Both the position numbers and the translations under genes were made by a program. From Trichinella spiralis (taxonomy: Eukaryota): a stretch of DNA of 64,000 bases. The stretch's first letter is position 1, and every line of letters begins with the position of its first letter. Positions 27,666 to 42,164 of this stretch are shown here, piece after piece. Below the pieces are notes generated by a model. It worked only from the letters and a program-made list of their open reading frames with translations, did no database searches and had not been told where the DNA came from. The stretch lies in the NCBI RefSeq assembly GCF_000181795.1, contig NW_003526944.1:4014934-4078933 (forward strand), written 5' to 3'.

Positions 27666-28686
27666 AACATTTTTCCAACTTTTTCAAGAAAAGAATTTCA
27701 ATTTTTATTCATTCAGAAAAGTACAAATGGAAAATTGATTGAAAAATCAAGTTACTTGAAATTGTTTGTTGCAAATTAAAAGTACACGTGAAATATTTAT
27801 GCTGTTGACAAGTGCAACCTCTCGTTATTTTTTATTGCCAATTCATTTTAAATTAAAGGAAGAAAATTGATTTTTTTCAACACAAACTTTTAATAGTTTA
27901 AATAGTATTCTGTACTTATCTATTTGAATTGCAATGTAGAATGTAATAAATAACGAAAATCAACTACACGAGAGTTCAAATTGCATTCGATGAGTAGATT
28001 GAATTTATTTCTAATTGCAAACTATTCTTGCAAATTTTGATTACCACTGGGCACACCGATTTTTCATTTGTACTTCAATACAAGCGCCCGTGCATGGGAT
28101 ATTAATTTTGAAGCATGGGAATAAGAACATTTCAAGTTGGAAAATATAAGTATTAGCTGTGCTGGATGTTCAAACAACATTTGCAACGGCTTAAGTCAAA
28201 ATTTGAGCGAAACCTTTTTGCAAATTTTAACAACAAAGCACTAGCTCATATATACGCCCCGCTGAACGGTTTAATCAATGAAAACAGCTAGTCGATATTT
28301 TTTAATGCTTCAACCAGTTCAGCAAGCAATTGAGCAGTTCACTACAAGCTTGCTGCGCCACCAACACATGTAAATCATAAAGGGAAAATTAAAAAATACA
28401 CTTGCTACATTTTGCATGTGCATATATAAATAGATCAATCAGTTATGAATAGAACTCAACGTCGGCAACCGCGAAATGTACAAACAATAAAAAATGAATA
28501 ACAAATAAACTTTGAATTTATATTGTAATTCATTACAATGAAATTAACTGAAATGAACTTCAGTTAAGTAATGACTACTTCTAAATAATGCTATTCGCAT
28601 TATATGCATACTGTATTTGTTCATTCAAACATGATTATTCTTAGTTTATGGTATTCTGTGTATTTTAAACTGTTGCATTGATTAAA

Positions 28687-29809
28687 ATGAATCCAATAAC
28701 GTACGTATTTTAATTTTCAAGATGAATTCTTCAAATTTAATAATATTCTTAATTTTAGAAATGTAAAAAATTTGAATAAAATTAACGAACGAGAACTGCA
28801 CTTGGGTTTGGCTGGAAAATCAGATCGTTCTTGGCATCAGAAATACAAAGATTCTGCTTGGATTTTTATTGGTGGTTTGCCATTCCAGCTCAGTGAAGGT
28901 GACATTATCTGCGTATTTTCTCAGTATGATATTTGATTTTCTTATCTTTTGACGTTTTTAGACATGTTTTGTTGTAATATCATTTCCTTAAATATGTTTC
29001 TACAGATATGGTGAAGTTGTTCAGTTAAACTTGATACGTGACAAGAAAACAGGCAAATCTCGTGGTTTCTGTTTCCTTTGCTATGAAGACCAGCGTAGCA
29101 CAGTACTTGCTGTTGATAACTTCAATGGAATAAAGGTTTGCTTTTTAAGATAGTGATTATTTTTTAATTTGCCATTTTAATAAAGCATTTCAGATCAATT
29201 TTTACACGTGATGATTTCTTATGATAGTTTTGTTGTTGTTCTAGTTGCTTGGTCGTATAATTCGCGTTGATCATGTAGAAAATTATCGTGTCCCTAAAGA
29301 ACGTGGTGACGAAGATGAAATTACCAAGAAGCTCTGGTTGGAAGGATGCGCTCCATCAACGTCGTTTGCACCTGTTAAAGGTAGGATTTGTGGAATTTGT
29401 ATTGTCGATTTAAAACCTTTTCATTGTTTAATGTGTTTCAGAAGTTCCAGTTAAAGAGGAACACTCTGAGGATGATTTTCCTGAAGAAGCTGTTGATCAT
29501 AAAAAGAAGGATAGCAAAAAGAAGCATAAACACAAGTCTGAAAGTAAAGTGAAACGTGAACGCAGCCCGTCGCCACTTTTGGAATTGGATCCTCAAGTAT
29601 TCAAACCAAGTAAAGAGAAGAAACCAGCAAATCCGGCACTTTTAATAGAAAAAGAAAGAAAAGCACTTTTGCTTGCTACTGGAGAGGAGATTGGAATGGA
29701 AAAATTGAATGAACGACTGAATCGTTTGGAACGAAAAGAGTTGCCGGTTTTCGATCGTACAAAATTAAAAGAAGAAGAAGCATTTTTGCCGAGGCGTTAC
29801 AAAGCATAG
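28687..29809 (+). CDS. RBMX2: RNA-binding motif protein X-linked 2 (Snu17/Ist3, RES complex)
   Basis: [75 protein letters not shown] and GRIIRVDHV. Confidence 0.96.
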
Positions 29810-32800
29810 TGAAATCGTTCGTCTGCTTTGCTGTTATGCTTTATCATCATTTAACTATTTTAAATCTTCATAATCATTAAACAATTTGTATTTCTGTGAT
29901 AGGTGTTGTTTTTTGATGGTATTTATATCTATTTTTCATATGAATTTTGTATTTGCGAAAACAGTGTGCCCATTTGTTTTCGATATTATATTTTAAGTGC
30001 AATATTTACTGTTTTTTTCTAAATAAATTATTTCAATGGTTACCCTTCTGTTATTATTGTAAACATGAAAGTATGACAATTGTTCCTGAAATGAAAATAC
30101 TGTAACAATTATTTAAATTGCCGTTGGTGAATTGTAGTACTGTACATGGGTCAATTTATTCTGATAAATTTATCAATTTCTAGTTGAAGAGGACTTTCAC
30201 GGCAATGTATATTTGGTCAGTTTAACGCTTATATTGATTGCATGCCATCTCGCATTGTGCCTTTCTTTTATTTTCATGTGAAATATGATGTATTGCAAAG
30301 TAAAGTTGTATTTTTATGAGTTTTAATTTTTCTTTTTGAATAAACTTTGCTATTCTTATTCGTGATATAATTTTACTTATTTAGAAAGAAAATCCTTCAA
30401 CTACTGTTTTTACAAGCGTACATGGCATAGTAGCGGTGCATTATTTATTGGAAAAACAAAACATGTTTAGATTAAAAGTAAGTTGTTCTTTCATTTTTTG
30501 CACTCATGTAGGTTAGATTTATTAATAAATTGGCTTATGTTCTTTTCCTTTTTTTTACATTATTGAATTAGTGTAATTTTTGAATTGTTGAAATCTGCTT
30601 TTTGATGTTGTTGTTTATCTTGGTTTTCATCATATTCAGTTTCAGCAGATCTGATTGTTCTTTACAAGTTATTGTTAGGTGTTTTTTTCGGAGGGAGAAT
30701 TTTAATATATATTTTAAGAAATCAAATAAATTGCTTCGCAAATGCAATGTATAAAATTATCCTCAGTTTGTTTTATTTTTGTTATTTCAAGTGATGCAAC
30801 ACATGATGATGATGATAATGTCAAAAAGGAAAGTTATTCAACTACTGTTGTCTGTTGAAAGTTGCTTGTCTGAAAACATTTTCAAATTTGTATTCTTCAA
30901 TCTGTGTGCAATTTAAAAGAATCACAACAGTTAACTGTAGAAGTTGAAAAATATGGATTTTCAAGTATATAAAGTTTCTCATGAAAAAAAATTATAATAT
31001 GCAAATGAACAACAGTGTCAACTGGTTATGGTACTTAACGATTTAAATGTTAATGTTGAGTTTGCTTGATAATATTTTCCTTGTGCCCATTGATAATGTT
31101 ATTTGAAGTGATTTGAGCTTGCACTTCACATTGTTTGGGCTAAAGAAGTTTTTTGCTGTTTTCGCAAACCGACACTAGCACTTTTCATTTTCTACATGAT
31201 TTTACGAAAATGATCTTTAGGTGTCGTACAGTATTTTTCAAAATCTAGCATATATATATATATATTTTTTTTGTTTATAAACGAAATACTAACAACAGCA
31301 TTAGTTTAATTTTCAAATGTGATTTGCGTGTAATTGTTATTTTGATATGGCAATTCGCATCTTTAGTATTATGAGTAAGAGAACAAACAACTGGCTGATG
31401 GAGTAGACGAATTTTAACTTGGCTTTTTTTTCTATAGTGTACATCATAATTATTGACGAACTTCCTTTTTTCTTTCGTTGCTTTTTTCATACCAAAGGAT
31501 GAAATTGCAACACATTATTTTGGGTATTCAGTTTGTTTATTGCCACGTTATTCCAATACTTTGGAAATGAATGACTTGAAATGTTCTGGTAAACAAGCGC
31601 TCGAATAGCACATGCATATGTAGCGGTGCTTTTGATTATGAGGAAGTTACGCAGATGCTAATTTCTCTAATAATGTTTTTTTTGTTTTAAAAACGAACTG
31701 GGCAATACGTTTTTAGAATAACTATAGTGAAGAACAGCGACAGGCAGTATTTGTTATTAGGGAAAAGTTGCAACCGATAAAAATGTATAATTATTATTCA
31801 AACACGGCTAATAGAAAGAAAGGAGGGGGAAAATTAGTTTGTGAAGTATTTTTTTTTCTTCGTGTAACAATTAATGCATTATCTGATGTGATATTTGTAC
31901 TGCATTTTCCGGAATGCAACACGGAATGGGATGATGAAGTATTATTAATTTTTTGTTCATAATTTGAATGTGAAAACAAAAATTTTTTTTTCAAAAAAAA
32001 GATTAATATGCACTAAATAATATGCAAGATACGAATTTTAACTTGTTATTTTACAGTACTACAAAAGTTTACATTGAAGTTATTCGATATTATTGTTGAT
32101 CGATGCTTCATAGTTTATTTTGAAGAAAATCGTTTGAACGGAAAGTTTTCCATTTATGCAAACTTGTATTCAAAATAATAATTATAGAAAAGAAATTTTT
32201 TTTATCTAAAAAACTTGTAATACTCGTTTGAAATGTCAGTAATATATTGTTGCTTTATTGAATTTGATGTGACGAAATAATGTATACTTAAGAGACAGGG
32301 TCGTCCGTGCTCTTTTATCTGTAAGCTTGATCGAAGTGTGAGAGTTGTTTATTTAAATCGACTACGAGCGGAAATGTTGATGCAGTCTTAAATTACAGTA
32401 AGGTTTGTATTGAGGGCAGTTATCTATCGGTGAACAGTTTCGTATTGTATTGCAAGTAAGTATCTGTAATAGTAGTATTTTTTTTGAATACATTTTAAAG
32501 ATATTATTTAATTATTCAATTTTGTTTTGAAATGAAAAGAAAATAATTGACTAGGAAAAGCGGAAAAATTATAAAATTAGAATAATTTGTTGGCTTTTTC
32601 GTGAGTGGGGGCAGTTGGAGCCTTGACCGATTTGATTTGAAACGTGTTTTGCAATTTTTGCAAAAGCGCACAACAAATTCCACTCCCCCCCCCCTCACCC
32701 TTCCAAATGGTGGTGCTTTTGGAATTTTTCATAAAAATTATTATTCAATAATTGTCGACCTTAATAGAACAAGGCGAACCGTTTCTCAACAATCGTCTTT

Positions 32801-34429
32801 TGCATTTTTGCCCAAGAAAAAGCACCAACAGCAGCAGCTATTCGGTTGCGAAAAGGAAGCATTTCTTTGAAATTTTATTGTTTTCCAATTTGAATATTTT
32901 ATTTTCACAAACCATTACTGCTTGACTATTTTTTATTAAACAATATAGATATATTTGTTTAATTAATTTTTATTTTACTTTTTCAAAAAAAGAAAAGACT
33001 GATTTTAATTTTATGAATTATTCAAAATTTTGTTTTGTTTTCAATTTTCAATATTTGGGGAAGGTTTGTGACAGTTTTCCCACAGAAATTTTAATCGATA
33101 ATTTCATATCTTGATGTTTTTTCAATCGACCAAAACTGTACAAATTGGAATTTTGAAAGTTGCAATTGTTGGCCGATTGAAAATAATATTCACCAACCAA
33201 TAAGAATAAGAATATGAACACGACAACATTCGATGCAGATATATATATTTGATTTGAAGCGTAAACTGTTGTTGCTGCTTGTTGTTTACACAAGCGGGGG
33301 TAAAATTTTGCACTCACTTGATCAATCAATCAAATAATTTATATGTAATTAATTTTTTTCAAATTAAAATTCCACTGTGCATAATAATTCATATGCATAA
33401 GCGAGTGAAAAGTATGGATGGAGGGAGGGGGGAAAGAAAAACAAAATTTCCAACGACCATCTTCTCATGACAGCTGCTCTTCTATTGCATTTGCAGCCAG
33501 CTAATGACGATCACTCGAATGTGTAAATTGGTACTAGCAGTGGTTTGAACATTCCTGTTGCACGTGTAATTTTCAAAATCACTTGTCAAAAATTTTTCCG
33601 TCAATTGATTGGTTCACAGTTTTAATTTTTGAAAATTCAAATTCTTCAATTCTATTACTATTAGCATTCTGCTTCAATTTGAGCCGTCGTCGTCGTCGTT
33701 GTCGATGATTAATTAATTGTTTATTGTTTCTGCGTATGAATTGTTTAATAATTTATTTTTAAAATTAACATAAAGAAATATTGTTGAAATTTATTTTCTT
33801 TGAAAAATTTTCAAACAATAGTAGAAACAGTTTTTTTTCGAGCGGAAATTGACCATCAGTTGGTTAATCGACAATGACGCCATTGTCGAAAAACATCGAT
33901 GTTATCGCGTTTGAGCTTATATTTGCGTTGAAAAATCATCGCAACCAGTCCGTTAATAAGCACAAAATTTTGATAAATCATTATTCAGTGTTTGGAAGCT
34001 GTTGTCATGGAAGAGTTGGGGGAAAAAAGAAAGATCTATATATATACATCTTTATATATATATGTATATATATATATATAACTGCTAACTTTTAGAAATA
34101 TTTCACGTCTCACCAATTTATGTTCAAAACAACAGGAAATGCCACGCTTCGTACATTTTCATTCAACATCCTGTTTTAAGGCTTTCTTCAATTTTTTCAA
34201 TTAATGAACTTAACCAACGACGAACACTATACATACTTTATTTTGCTTGCACATTTTATAATTTCTCTCTTTCTCTTCGTTTTGTTTTTCTTCTACCACA
34301 TCATCATAATTATTATTATTTCGTCAAATTTTTTTCTTAAAATTTCTGACTTTATATATGTATATAAAGTAATATGTTGGTTTCTATTTGTTTTTCTTGA
34401 TCAAAGAAAAAGCTGTGAAAATGTTTGAT

Positions 34430-34935
34430 CAGGATTGGTCGAGTTGACTGATTGGTCAGTTGATCGGATTGGCCAGTTGTTTTGGTGGAGAGAGGCTAGT
34501 GAAGCTTTTGGTTGTGTGTTTGTTCGGCTTGGCCGTCGGCCAGTTAGTGTGGAAGCAGCCGCGCTGGCCAGACTCCGTCGTGCGGTTGCCCAAAGTGATG
34601 CACACGCGCTCGCGGATCGGCTTGATTTATGCAAGCATATGTTGGTCGGATGGCTTCGTTCGGCTTTTGGCTTGCGCTTGCTTGCCATTCACCAACGCGC
34701 GCAAGCGTCTTTCCTCTCTCTTCTCTTTCTCTCTCTTGCCCTTCTCGTATTTTCTCTTCTTATTCTTATTCTTCTTCTTCTTCAAATAGAAAATTCACTC
34801 ACTCTCATTCTCTCTCTCTCTCTCTCTCTCATCTTTTCACTTCTTAATTCCTCCTTTGACTGCTTGAGCTTAGCTAATTTCTTCTGACACACACACACAC
34901 AAACACGAGAGAGACTTGTTTACTCGTTGGCTGCA
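34430..34935 (+). promoter_or_regulatory. GC-rich and CT-repeat region, probable promoter or non-coding first exon of the integrin-like gene
   Basis: A local GC-rich island with (CT)n and (CA)n tracts. A gtaagt donor at about 34936 could pair with the ttttcag acceptor at about 35247, upstream of the ATG at 35288. Confidence 0.4.
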
Positions 34936-35287
34936 GTAAGTATTTAAAAAATAAATAAATAAACAAAACAACAACGTGCAGCGATTTCAACATTCTGCGA
35001 TGCTTATTGCACCATTCGTATATGCTTGCTGCATATAAGATCAGGCCGATTTTAGGGATTTCTACGCGCGTTTGAATTCTTCACATTTCTTTTTTTTTCA
35101 TTATGATCATGTATGATTCAGCTTCGTTTCTTCACCATTTTCCGCTGTTTTGTGTATAGTTGTAGATTTTTTATATTCAATTATTTATGATTAGAACATA
35201 TTTTCAAAAAATGAATTTTTCTTTCAAATTTTCTGCTTCTTTTCAGTCCGTCTTCTTCTGTTCACCGACGCCATATCGGGTATCACA

Positions 35288-37281
35288 ATGGCACCACCGA
35301 CCCGTTGCAAGCCGTTTTTCAGCTTACTTGCCAGTTACTTCATCTTCTTCGTCTGCTTTTTCTTTGCAATAACAACGACAACAGGTAAGGGATGTTTTGT
35401 GTGTTGTTGATCAATTTTTAAACAGTTGATGAATCATTTTAATTTTAATTTAATTTAATTTAATTTAAAAAAAAGGTAGAAAATAAGCAGGATAAAAAGT
35501 GAGAACAATCGCCGGCAGAGGTGGCAAATTGTGAAGCTTGTATTTTTCACTTTTCCACCCATGCGGTGGCGGTTTTCTTTTTTTTTTTGCTTCCTTTGCG
35601 TCCCATTGTAGTATAATCAAACTGATGTCACAGTTGATAGATGATGATGGATGTGATTCATTGATCAAGTTTTGTTGATGACATGCATCTTTTTCTGCCA
35701 GTTAACGGCTATAATTTCTCGGCATTCCGTTGCTTCTTCATTTTCCGTTTTTCAAAATAGTAATAATCAGTTTTTTGTTTCTTTGGAATGAGTTTGAGCT
35801 TTCGGTTGTTTTCCACAAACAGAAAAATATCTGAATTTGTATTCAGTATTTGAGAACATGACGTAGGTGTTTTGTCTCAGAATGCGGTGATGAATCACGA
35901 ACATCCTGTTGAAGTCTGGCAGACGTCCATTCGTCTGTTTGTCTGTTTGTAAGCATAGGTACCCCGTACTTTAAACTATTGTTTATTTATATCTAGCTAG
36001 TATGTTTTGAAGAGATTGATCATTTTGAATAATCTTGTTGGAATAATTAATTATTTCTATTTTTTGAATATCGAATGTTTTTTTTATCTTAACACAGCAG
36101 TGTAATGAAAGATGAATTATCTGATTATCAGCAACCACACATTATTATTATTATCCATGGTACCTAGTCTGTCTTTTTGGTGATTGATAATAACCATCAG
36201 GCGTTATGTTGTGTTCGGGTTTTTGTCCATTTTTTTAAAATCAAATATAAATATCTTCAAATTATGAAATTTTCAACTTTTCAACATGTATATCTTAAGA
36301 ATCTTTATCTGAGGAAGTTTTCTGTTGTGCTTGTGTTTGGAAGTATTTCAAATTTTTGTTCAAAATGAAGAAAATGAATTATTTAAATCATTTTTTGAAA
36401 AATTCATTCCATTTGTACATTTAGGAATTATTTATACCGTCATTTTTTTGACCACTTTTTAAAGCTTCATTAAAAATTTTTCATCACGGTTCATTTCTTT
36501 TGTTTCTTATCAATAATGAAAGAATTAGTGAGTAGAGTGGTTGTATTTTGTTGTCGTTGGTAAACGTTAGTTCAATTAAGCTTTCAAATATGCTAAAAAT
36601 GCATATCATTCGCAGATAACTCGTAACAACTTTCTCTGATATGTTTCATTTCAATGCGCACGCAGTTGAAGCACCTGAACGTTTGTGGATACATACCTCT
36701 CCCATGGCAGCTGTTGATTTTTCTTTTTCAACCACACATTATTATTTCAAGTTGTTTCTTATAAATTTTTGATGCTTGAGTTTGTTCTATTTTTCGAGGC
36801 TAATTTAACCAGCCACTTGCTTTGTTAATTGTTCAATTTCTTCTTCTTCTTCTTCTTCTTTTATCTTCTGATGTTTCTAATTTTTTAATTCATTTTATAA
36901 TTTACATTTCGATTGAAATAATGCTGTTTATTGTGTTTCGTTTTTTATTTTTATTTTTCACGCGTTCACACAGTTCTTGAATTACATTACAGTAATTTTT
37001 TAAATATAATCAAGGTTCTGTCTCGATTGTTCAACGAAATGATAGGAATTGCTGCTAGTAAACAACTGGAGAGTACTGTGACACTTTTGTTATGTTCTGT
37101 TGAATTGCGAATTGAATGAAAATTGTAAAAGCAGACATTTGAAGACGGAAAATTGATACTGCCATTTTGTGGGCGGTGTTGAATACATGAAAATTAATCT
37201 TGGCCAGCCGACTACTCTAATCAGCTTTAGCTTTTAGTGAAAATTAGCTTGAAACAATAGAAGAAAATGCATCATCATCAC

Positions 37282-37333
<52 letters not shown>

Positions 37334-40300
37334 TTCTGATTCAGAGATTGATGATGAATTGTGATTAGGGTGATAATTTTACCATTGGTTACATTGTTGT
37401 TTCTTCAAAAAGGAAATTTATTTTTTCTGTTTTTTTTAGCTTTTGAAGGTTTTCAGATTTTAAAAAGTGCATTTATCTATTTTTCGTGCTTATTTTTTTC
37501 TTTTTTCTGCAGTTGTTTTCGATTGTGTGAAAAATGATGATGACCAATTAATTATCTTATCCAATTTTATTCAAGTTGTAGCTTGTTCGTTGTGGATCAG
37601 GTGAATTTTTATGTTAAAAAAACAACTCTGTCTAGCTAACTGGCTAGCCGACCGGACAGGCATTGAAGCTTTTGTTCGGCTTGTCTGGTGTTGTAGTTGG
37701 CAGCTTTACAGCTTTGCGGCAGCTGATCAGATAGATGGTGATCAATCATCAACCAAAATTTATCATCTCAACCAATGAGAAAAGTATTACTAAGAGGGAA
37801 AACCATTGTGTGTGTTTGTGCATGTGATGTTGCCGTTATGGCTGCATATTTGGCTGCTTTCATTATATGCTTTGTTCTCTTTATGACCGGCAAGTTTTGA
37901 CTCTGGGTCGACAGTTGTTGTTAGTTGTCTCTTTGAAGCTAATTACCATCAGCGTTCCTTGATTTTTTCATCCACTTGAACTATGGCATGTTTTTGTTTT
38001 CTATTATTATCATTATTATTAGTATTTCTTCAAACTGGCCAAGAGGGGGGGTGGAATATGAAAATGAATAAAACCACTAATCTGTATTAATTGATTTTGA
38101 GCACTTATATGATCGAATGCCGAACGGTGAACGAACACTGCAACACTAGTTTCAATTTCGTCACAACAAAACGTACAATGAATGATAAAATTACGTTTAT
38201 GGCAAATTTACGATAACTATATTTGTATATTTTGAAGAAAGAGTTCATTTATTATTGATTTATTGTTCATTTATTATTGAATATTTTATTCAGTATGGAA
38301 GGACTGAGAAATGAGCGGACAATTATTTTTTATCAGTCATTCAGAATATATTTCAATTTGAATATGTAATTGTAAAACATTTCACGTTTGTCATTTGTGC
38401 TTATTGTTGTTTAGATGCGAAAAGATCACCTGCACAACTTTGCAAAACGACATCCGCTCAAATTAGTTGTGGCCAGTGCATCAAACAACATCCCGATTGC
38501 GCTTGGTGTGCAGATCCTGTAAAGAGACGAAATTATTGCAATTTTAATTACAATTACATGTGTGTAATGTTTTCAGAATTATGACAGCATTTCAAGATGT
38601 GAACAGTTTGAAAGTTTGATACAAAAATGCCGTCGAGAATACGTTGAACATCCGACCAATCAGATTGACTTTCCACAAGTATATTATTATCGAATGTTTT
38701 CTGCGAATATCGCTTTGATGTTATTTTTTTTTTGAAGAATGCTGAAATTGGATCTACTCGTCGAGATCCGCACAGTGGTGCTAACGTGCGAACACAGCTT
38801 CAACCACAGCAGGTCAGCTTGGCGATCAAACCAGGTTTGTTGTTCAAAAGCCCATTCTGCTTTTAATTAATAATTTTTTAATGTATGAATTTTCTGTTTT
38901 CCTCAGGCGAAACTGTGAGTTTCAGTCTGCGTTATTGGCATCAAGATCGTGATACGCGAGATATTTACGTTTTGAACAGTGAAACAGATTCTCTAGGTGT
39001 CAGCATTGAATACGAAGCTGAATGTCGAGGGTAGGTTGGCTGATTGTTTGTTATTATTATTGTTGTTGTTGTTGTTGTTTGTTAATTGAGAAATATTTTT
39101 CAAATTGTTTACAATTTTAGACTGCATTAATTGTACTATTTTCTAGCATTGTTCAGCCGGGAAATCATTGTTCATCAGTATCCCAATCAGATACTGTAAT
39201 GTTCAATGTCAGCGTTCGTTTGAAGGAGTGTCGCTCTAGTGGTGGATCTGTGATCAGTGTTGGCATTGGAGGTGTTCGCGAAGTTGTTGCACTTTACATA
39301 AATCCCATTTGCAGTTGTGATTGTGAACGATTGAATAGTCAGGTTGTTCTACACGAATTTACATTATTAATTATTATTTCTCAATAAGAATATATGTATA
39401 TATTTAACTGTTGATGGAGAACTGTTTTGGTTATTTAATTAGATCAATTGAATTATATTATTTTTCAGTGAAGTTGTACAATGCAGAAATTCGTAGATAA
39501 TTATGATTCATGTTTCAGGTGCACATCTCACCGCAGTGCGAAAATCGTGGCAGCCTAGTCTGTGGAGCATGTGTATGCCTTCCTGGAAGTGCCGGCTCGC
39601 AATGTGAATGCAATGTTGCATCTGGCACAGTATCTGCAATTGAACTGTTGAATCAGTGTCGTCAGTCACCATCCGATCCACCATGTTCTGGTCGTGGTCA
39701 GTGTCACTGTGGATCTTGCACTTGCGATTCGCCAGAAATAGTACGAAAATTGGAAAATATTCTATTCATATAGCAACAGTGTGTGTGTGTGTATCTGTTA
39801 TCATCTTTGCTTATTTATTTCAGTATTCCGGAAAATACTGCCAATGTGACGATACCTCTTGTCCATCATCTGGAACTGAATTATGCTCTGGTACATTATA
39901 TAGACATATATATATTATTTGCTTATCATCATTATTACTTGTATATTGTGCGTTAGGTCATGGAAGATGTGAATGCGGCATTTGTAAGTGTGAATCTGGC
40001 TGGAGTGGCTCGGCTTGTGATTGCCCGACTGATGATATGCATTGTATTGCCAAAAATGGGGTAAGGGACTTTTACAATATTTTCAGTTCAACTTTGATTA
40101 ATTATATAAGTGTTCGAATTTTGAATTGTTCGTTTTAGCTCGTCTGTGCTGGCCATGGTTCCTGTGAATGTGGAGAGTGCGTTTGCAGAGACAAATACAG
40201 TGGTCCCACTTGTGAGCACTGCGCAGATTGTGATGATGAATTCTCAGAGCACGACGACGATGACTATCTTCGAATGCTTACCGATCACAACAATGGAGAA

Positions 40301-40492
40301 AATGGCAACCAAGTGGACGGATCTGTCATTTCAGAACCAATAGCTAAAGATGCACCTGCTGCTGCTGCTGCTGCGTCTTCATTATCTGCAAACGCAGCTT
40401 TATTAGTGTTGCATATATTGCTTTTCAGCCTAGTCAACCGTCGGTTGACGTTACTACCAACTGCAGCTTCTTGGCTTGGATCTATTTTTTGA
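35288..40492 (+). CDS. Integrin beta-like protein lacking the betaI/vWA domain (signal-PSI-hybrid-4x I-EGF-hydrophobic C-terminus), about 488 aa, 10 exons
   Basis: Exons 35288-35384, 38415-38518, 38577-38678, 38738-38834, 38907-39030, 39147-39342, 39519-39740, 39824-39890, 39957-40060 and 40139-40492 splice in frame. PSI SCGQCIKQHPDCAWC, hybrid QLQPQQVSLAIKPGE and VMFNVSVRLKEC, CSCDC, and I-EGF repeats CSGRGQCHCGSCTC, YSGKYCQCD, CSGHGRCECGICKC. Confidence 0.88.
37269..37336. repeat. (CAT)n followed by (CTT)n microsatellite in intron 1 of the integrin-like gene
   Basis: Directly visible trinucleotide tracts. Confidence 0.85.
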
Positions 40493-41093
40493 GCAACTGA
40501 TGCATTTTTTTGTTTCTTTTTTAAAATTAACAGTACGCTCGCTTTTTAAACGGCGTTATTTATTTATTTACTGTTTTTAATTTTGCGCACACACGTACAC
40601 AAAACAGGCGGACGTGGTGTTATATATATCTATTACAACGCTGTGAAGCTTTACTCTTTAGGAAGCCACCAACTGAGTGGTTAATTTTCGACGTTGCCGC
40701 GTTTTTTTTCTTTTTCTTTTTAAATTTTGCCTGTCTTATCTGTCCATTTTGTATTATTTAAAAAATAATTTACATTGATGCATGTATTTGAATGAATATT
40801 TTTCTGTATCATTTCATCTTCTAATTTTTATTTTAATGAATCTTTTTTCTTTCTCTATTTTCTATTTTTCATTCATTTCAACATTTTTTGAAAAGCTCGT
40901 CGTCCTGCCCACCCTACGCCCTGATCGGAATGTATGTTCAACTTGCGCGCCATTTTAGAAACAAAAGAACAACTTTGAAACTTTTTTTTCCTGTATGCAC
41001 AATTTTTGTTGCACATTCAAGTGTTCTTTCGACTGTTGTTTGTGAAATTTTCTCTGCTTTTGAACATGGAGAAAAGTCGTCGTCGAAACGACC

Positions 41094-41094
<1 letters not shown>

Positions 41095-41139
<45 letters not shown>
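41095..41139. repeat. (ATA)n microsatellite
   Basis: About 15 ATA units; this produces the poly-Ile spurious ORFs. Confidence 0.9.
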
Positions 41140-41142
<3 letters not shown>

Positions 41143-42164
41143 GACAATGGACAACTGTGGAAAATTTTTATTATGAACAGCTTGGATTAAAGCGAATAGG
41201 AAACAATTATTTACATGATGTCGATATGTTTTTCCTTTTTGTCATATATATATACGGTAGTTCAGTAGCAATGTGATAGGCATTGTATTTTCGTTTTCGG
41301 GATGATAACTTTGTTATAAAACGGACACTTCGGGTAGGTGAATGGCACGCAGTCGTCGAAATTCAGCGCTTTGTGAATCTGAAATGGAAAATTTATCGTG
41401 CAACTTCGTGTGCAAAAAGAATTTCACGTCAATATTCTTGCCCATAAACGAAAACAATTCCCTCGCTTCGTTGGCTTTTATCGAAAACAGTTTGCGAGCT
41501 AAATTATTTTTTGAGCTAAGCTCAGTGAAAATTCTGCTGCTATTTTTCTGTGCTCCAATTAAATGAAGCTGAGAACTTTCAAATTACAAAGTTACAGTAA
41601 GATGAAATTACAGTATTTGAACTTGTTTGTCAAATTTGAAAGTTTGTACGTGGAATTAAGAAATTATGCATTAGTAATGTGTGTGATTTGTCAAGAATTG
41701 TTATCCGTCTTATGGCCACGTAACTGCCCTGTTGTCAAGCATTTTACAAATACGTCAGCATCATGAGTTGAACAATACGGTAAGTGAACGAAAATTTGTT
41801 TTGCATGTGGTATTTCGTGCACAATTTTGCTGTTTAATGCACAAACCAATATTTACAGTTTCAATGATAAAACAAATATTTTAATATGCATTGTTTGTCA
41901 GATATTTGGGTGGTTTGTTGAAAGAGAGGTATCCGCTTTGGGATGGGCTGCTTGGTAGCGGTTAGTGTGTATTGAAATTTATTTGAACAATTAAGGCAGC
42001 TATTTCTGCGTCGTAATTGTAAATAGAAACAGTGAACAGTTGAAAATGAACGTGAATAAATGTGAAAGAACAATTTTTTGTACGAAATGTTGCTGACGTA
42101 TTGAATTTGAGGGTGATTTTAATATTAATTTTCATAATTTGCGATTATGGTAAACGAAAATTCA

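Noticed and set aside
34401..34887. Several overlapping 70-150 aa ORFs
   Set aside because: They arise from a GC-rich patch plus CT microsatellites; better explained as promoter or 5' UTR of the integrin-like gene.
40888..41190. Poly-Ile ORFs on both strands
   Set aside because: Translation of an (ATA)n microsatellite.
41690..41975. Possible plus-strand exons with GT/AG boundaries
   Set aside because: No convincing start, consistent frame or recognisable product could be assembled.
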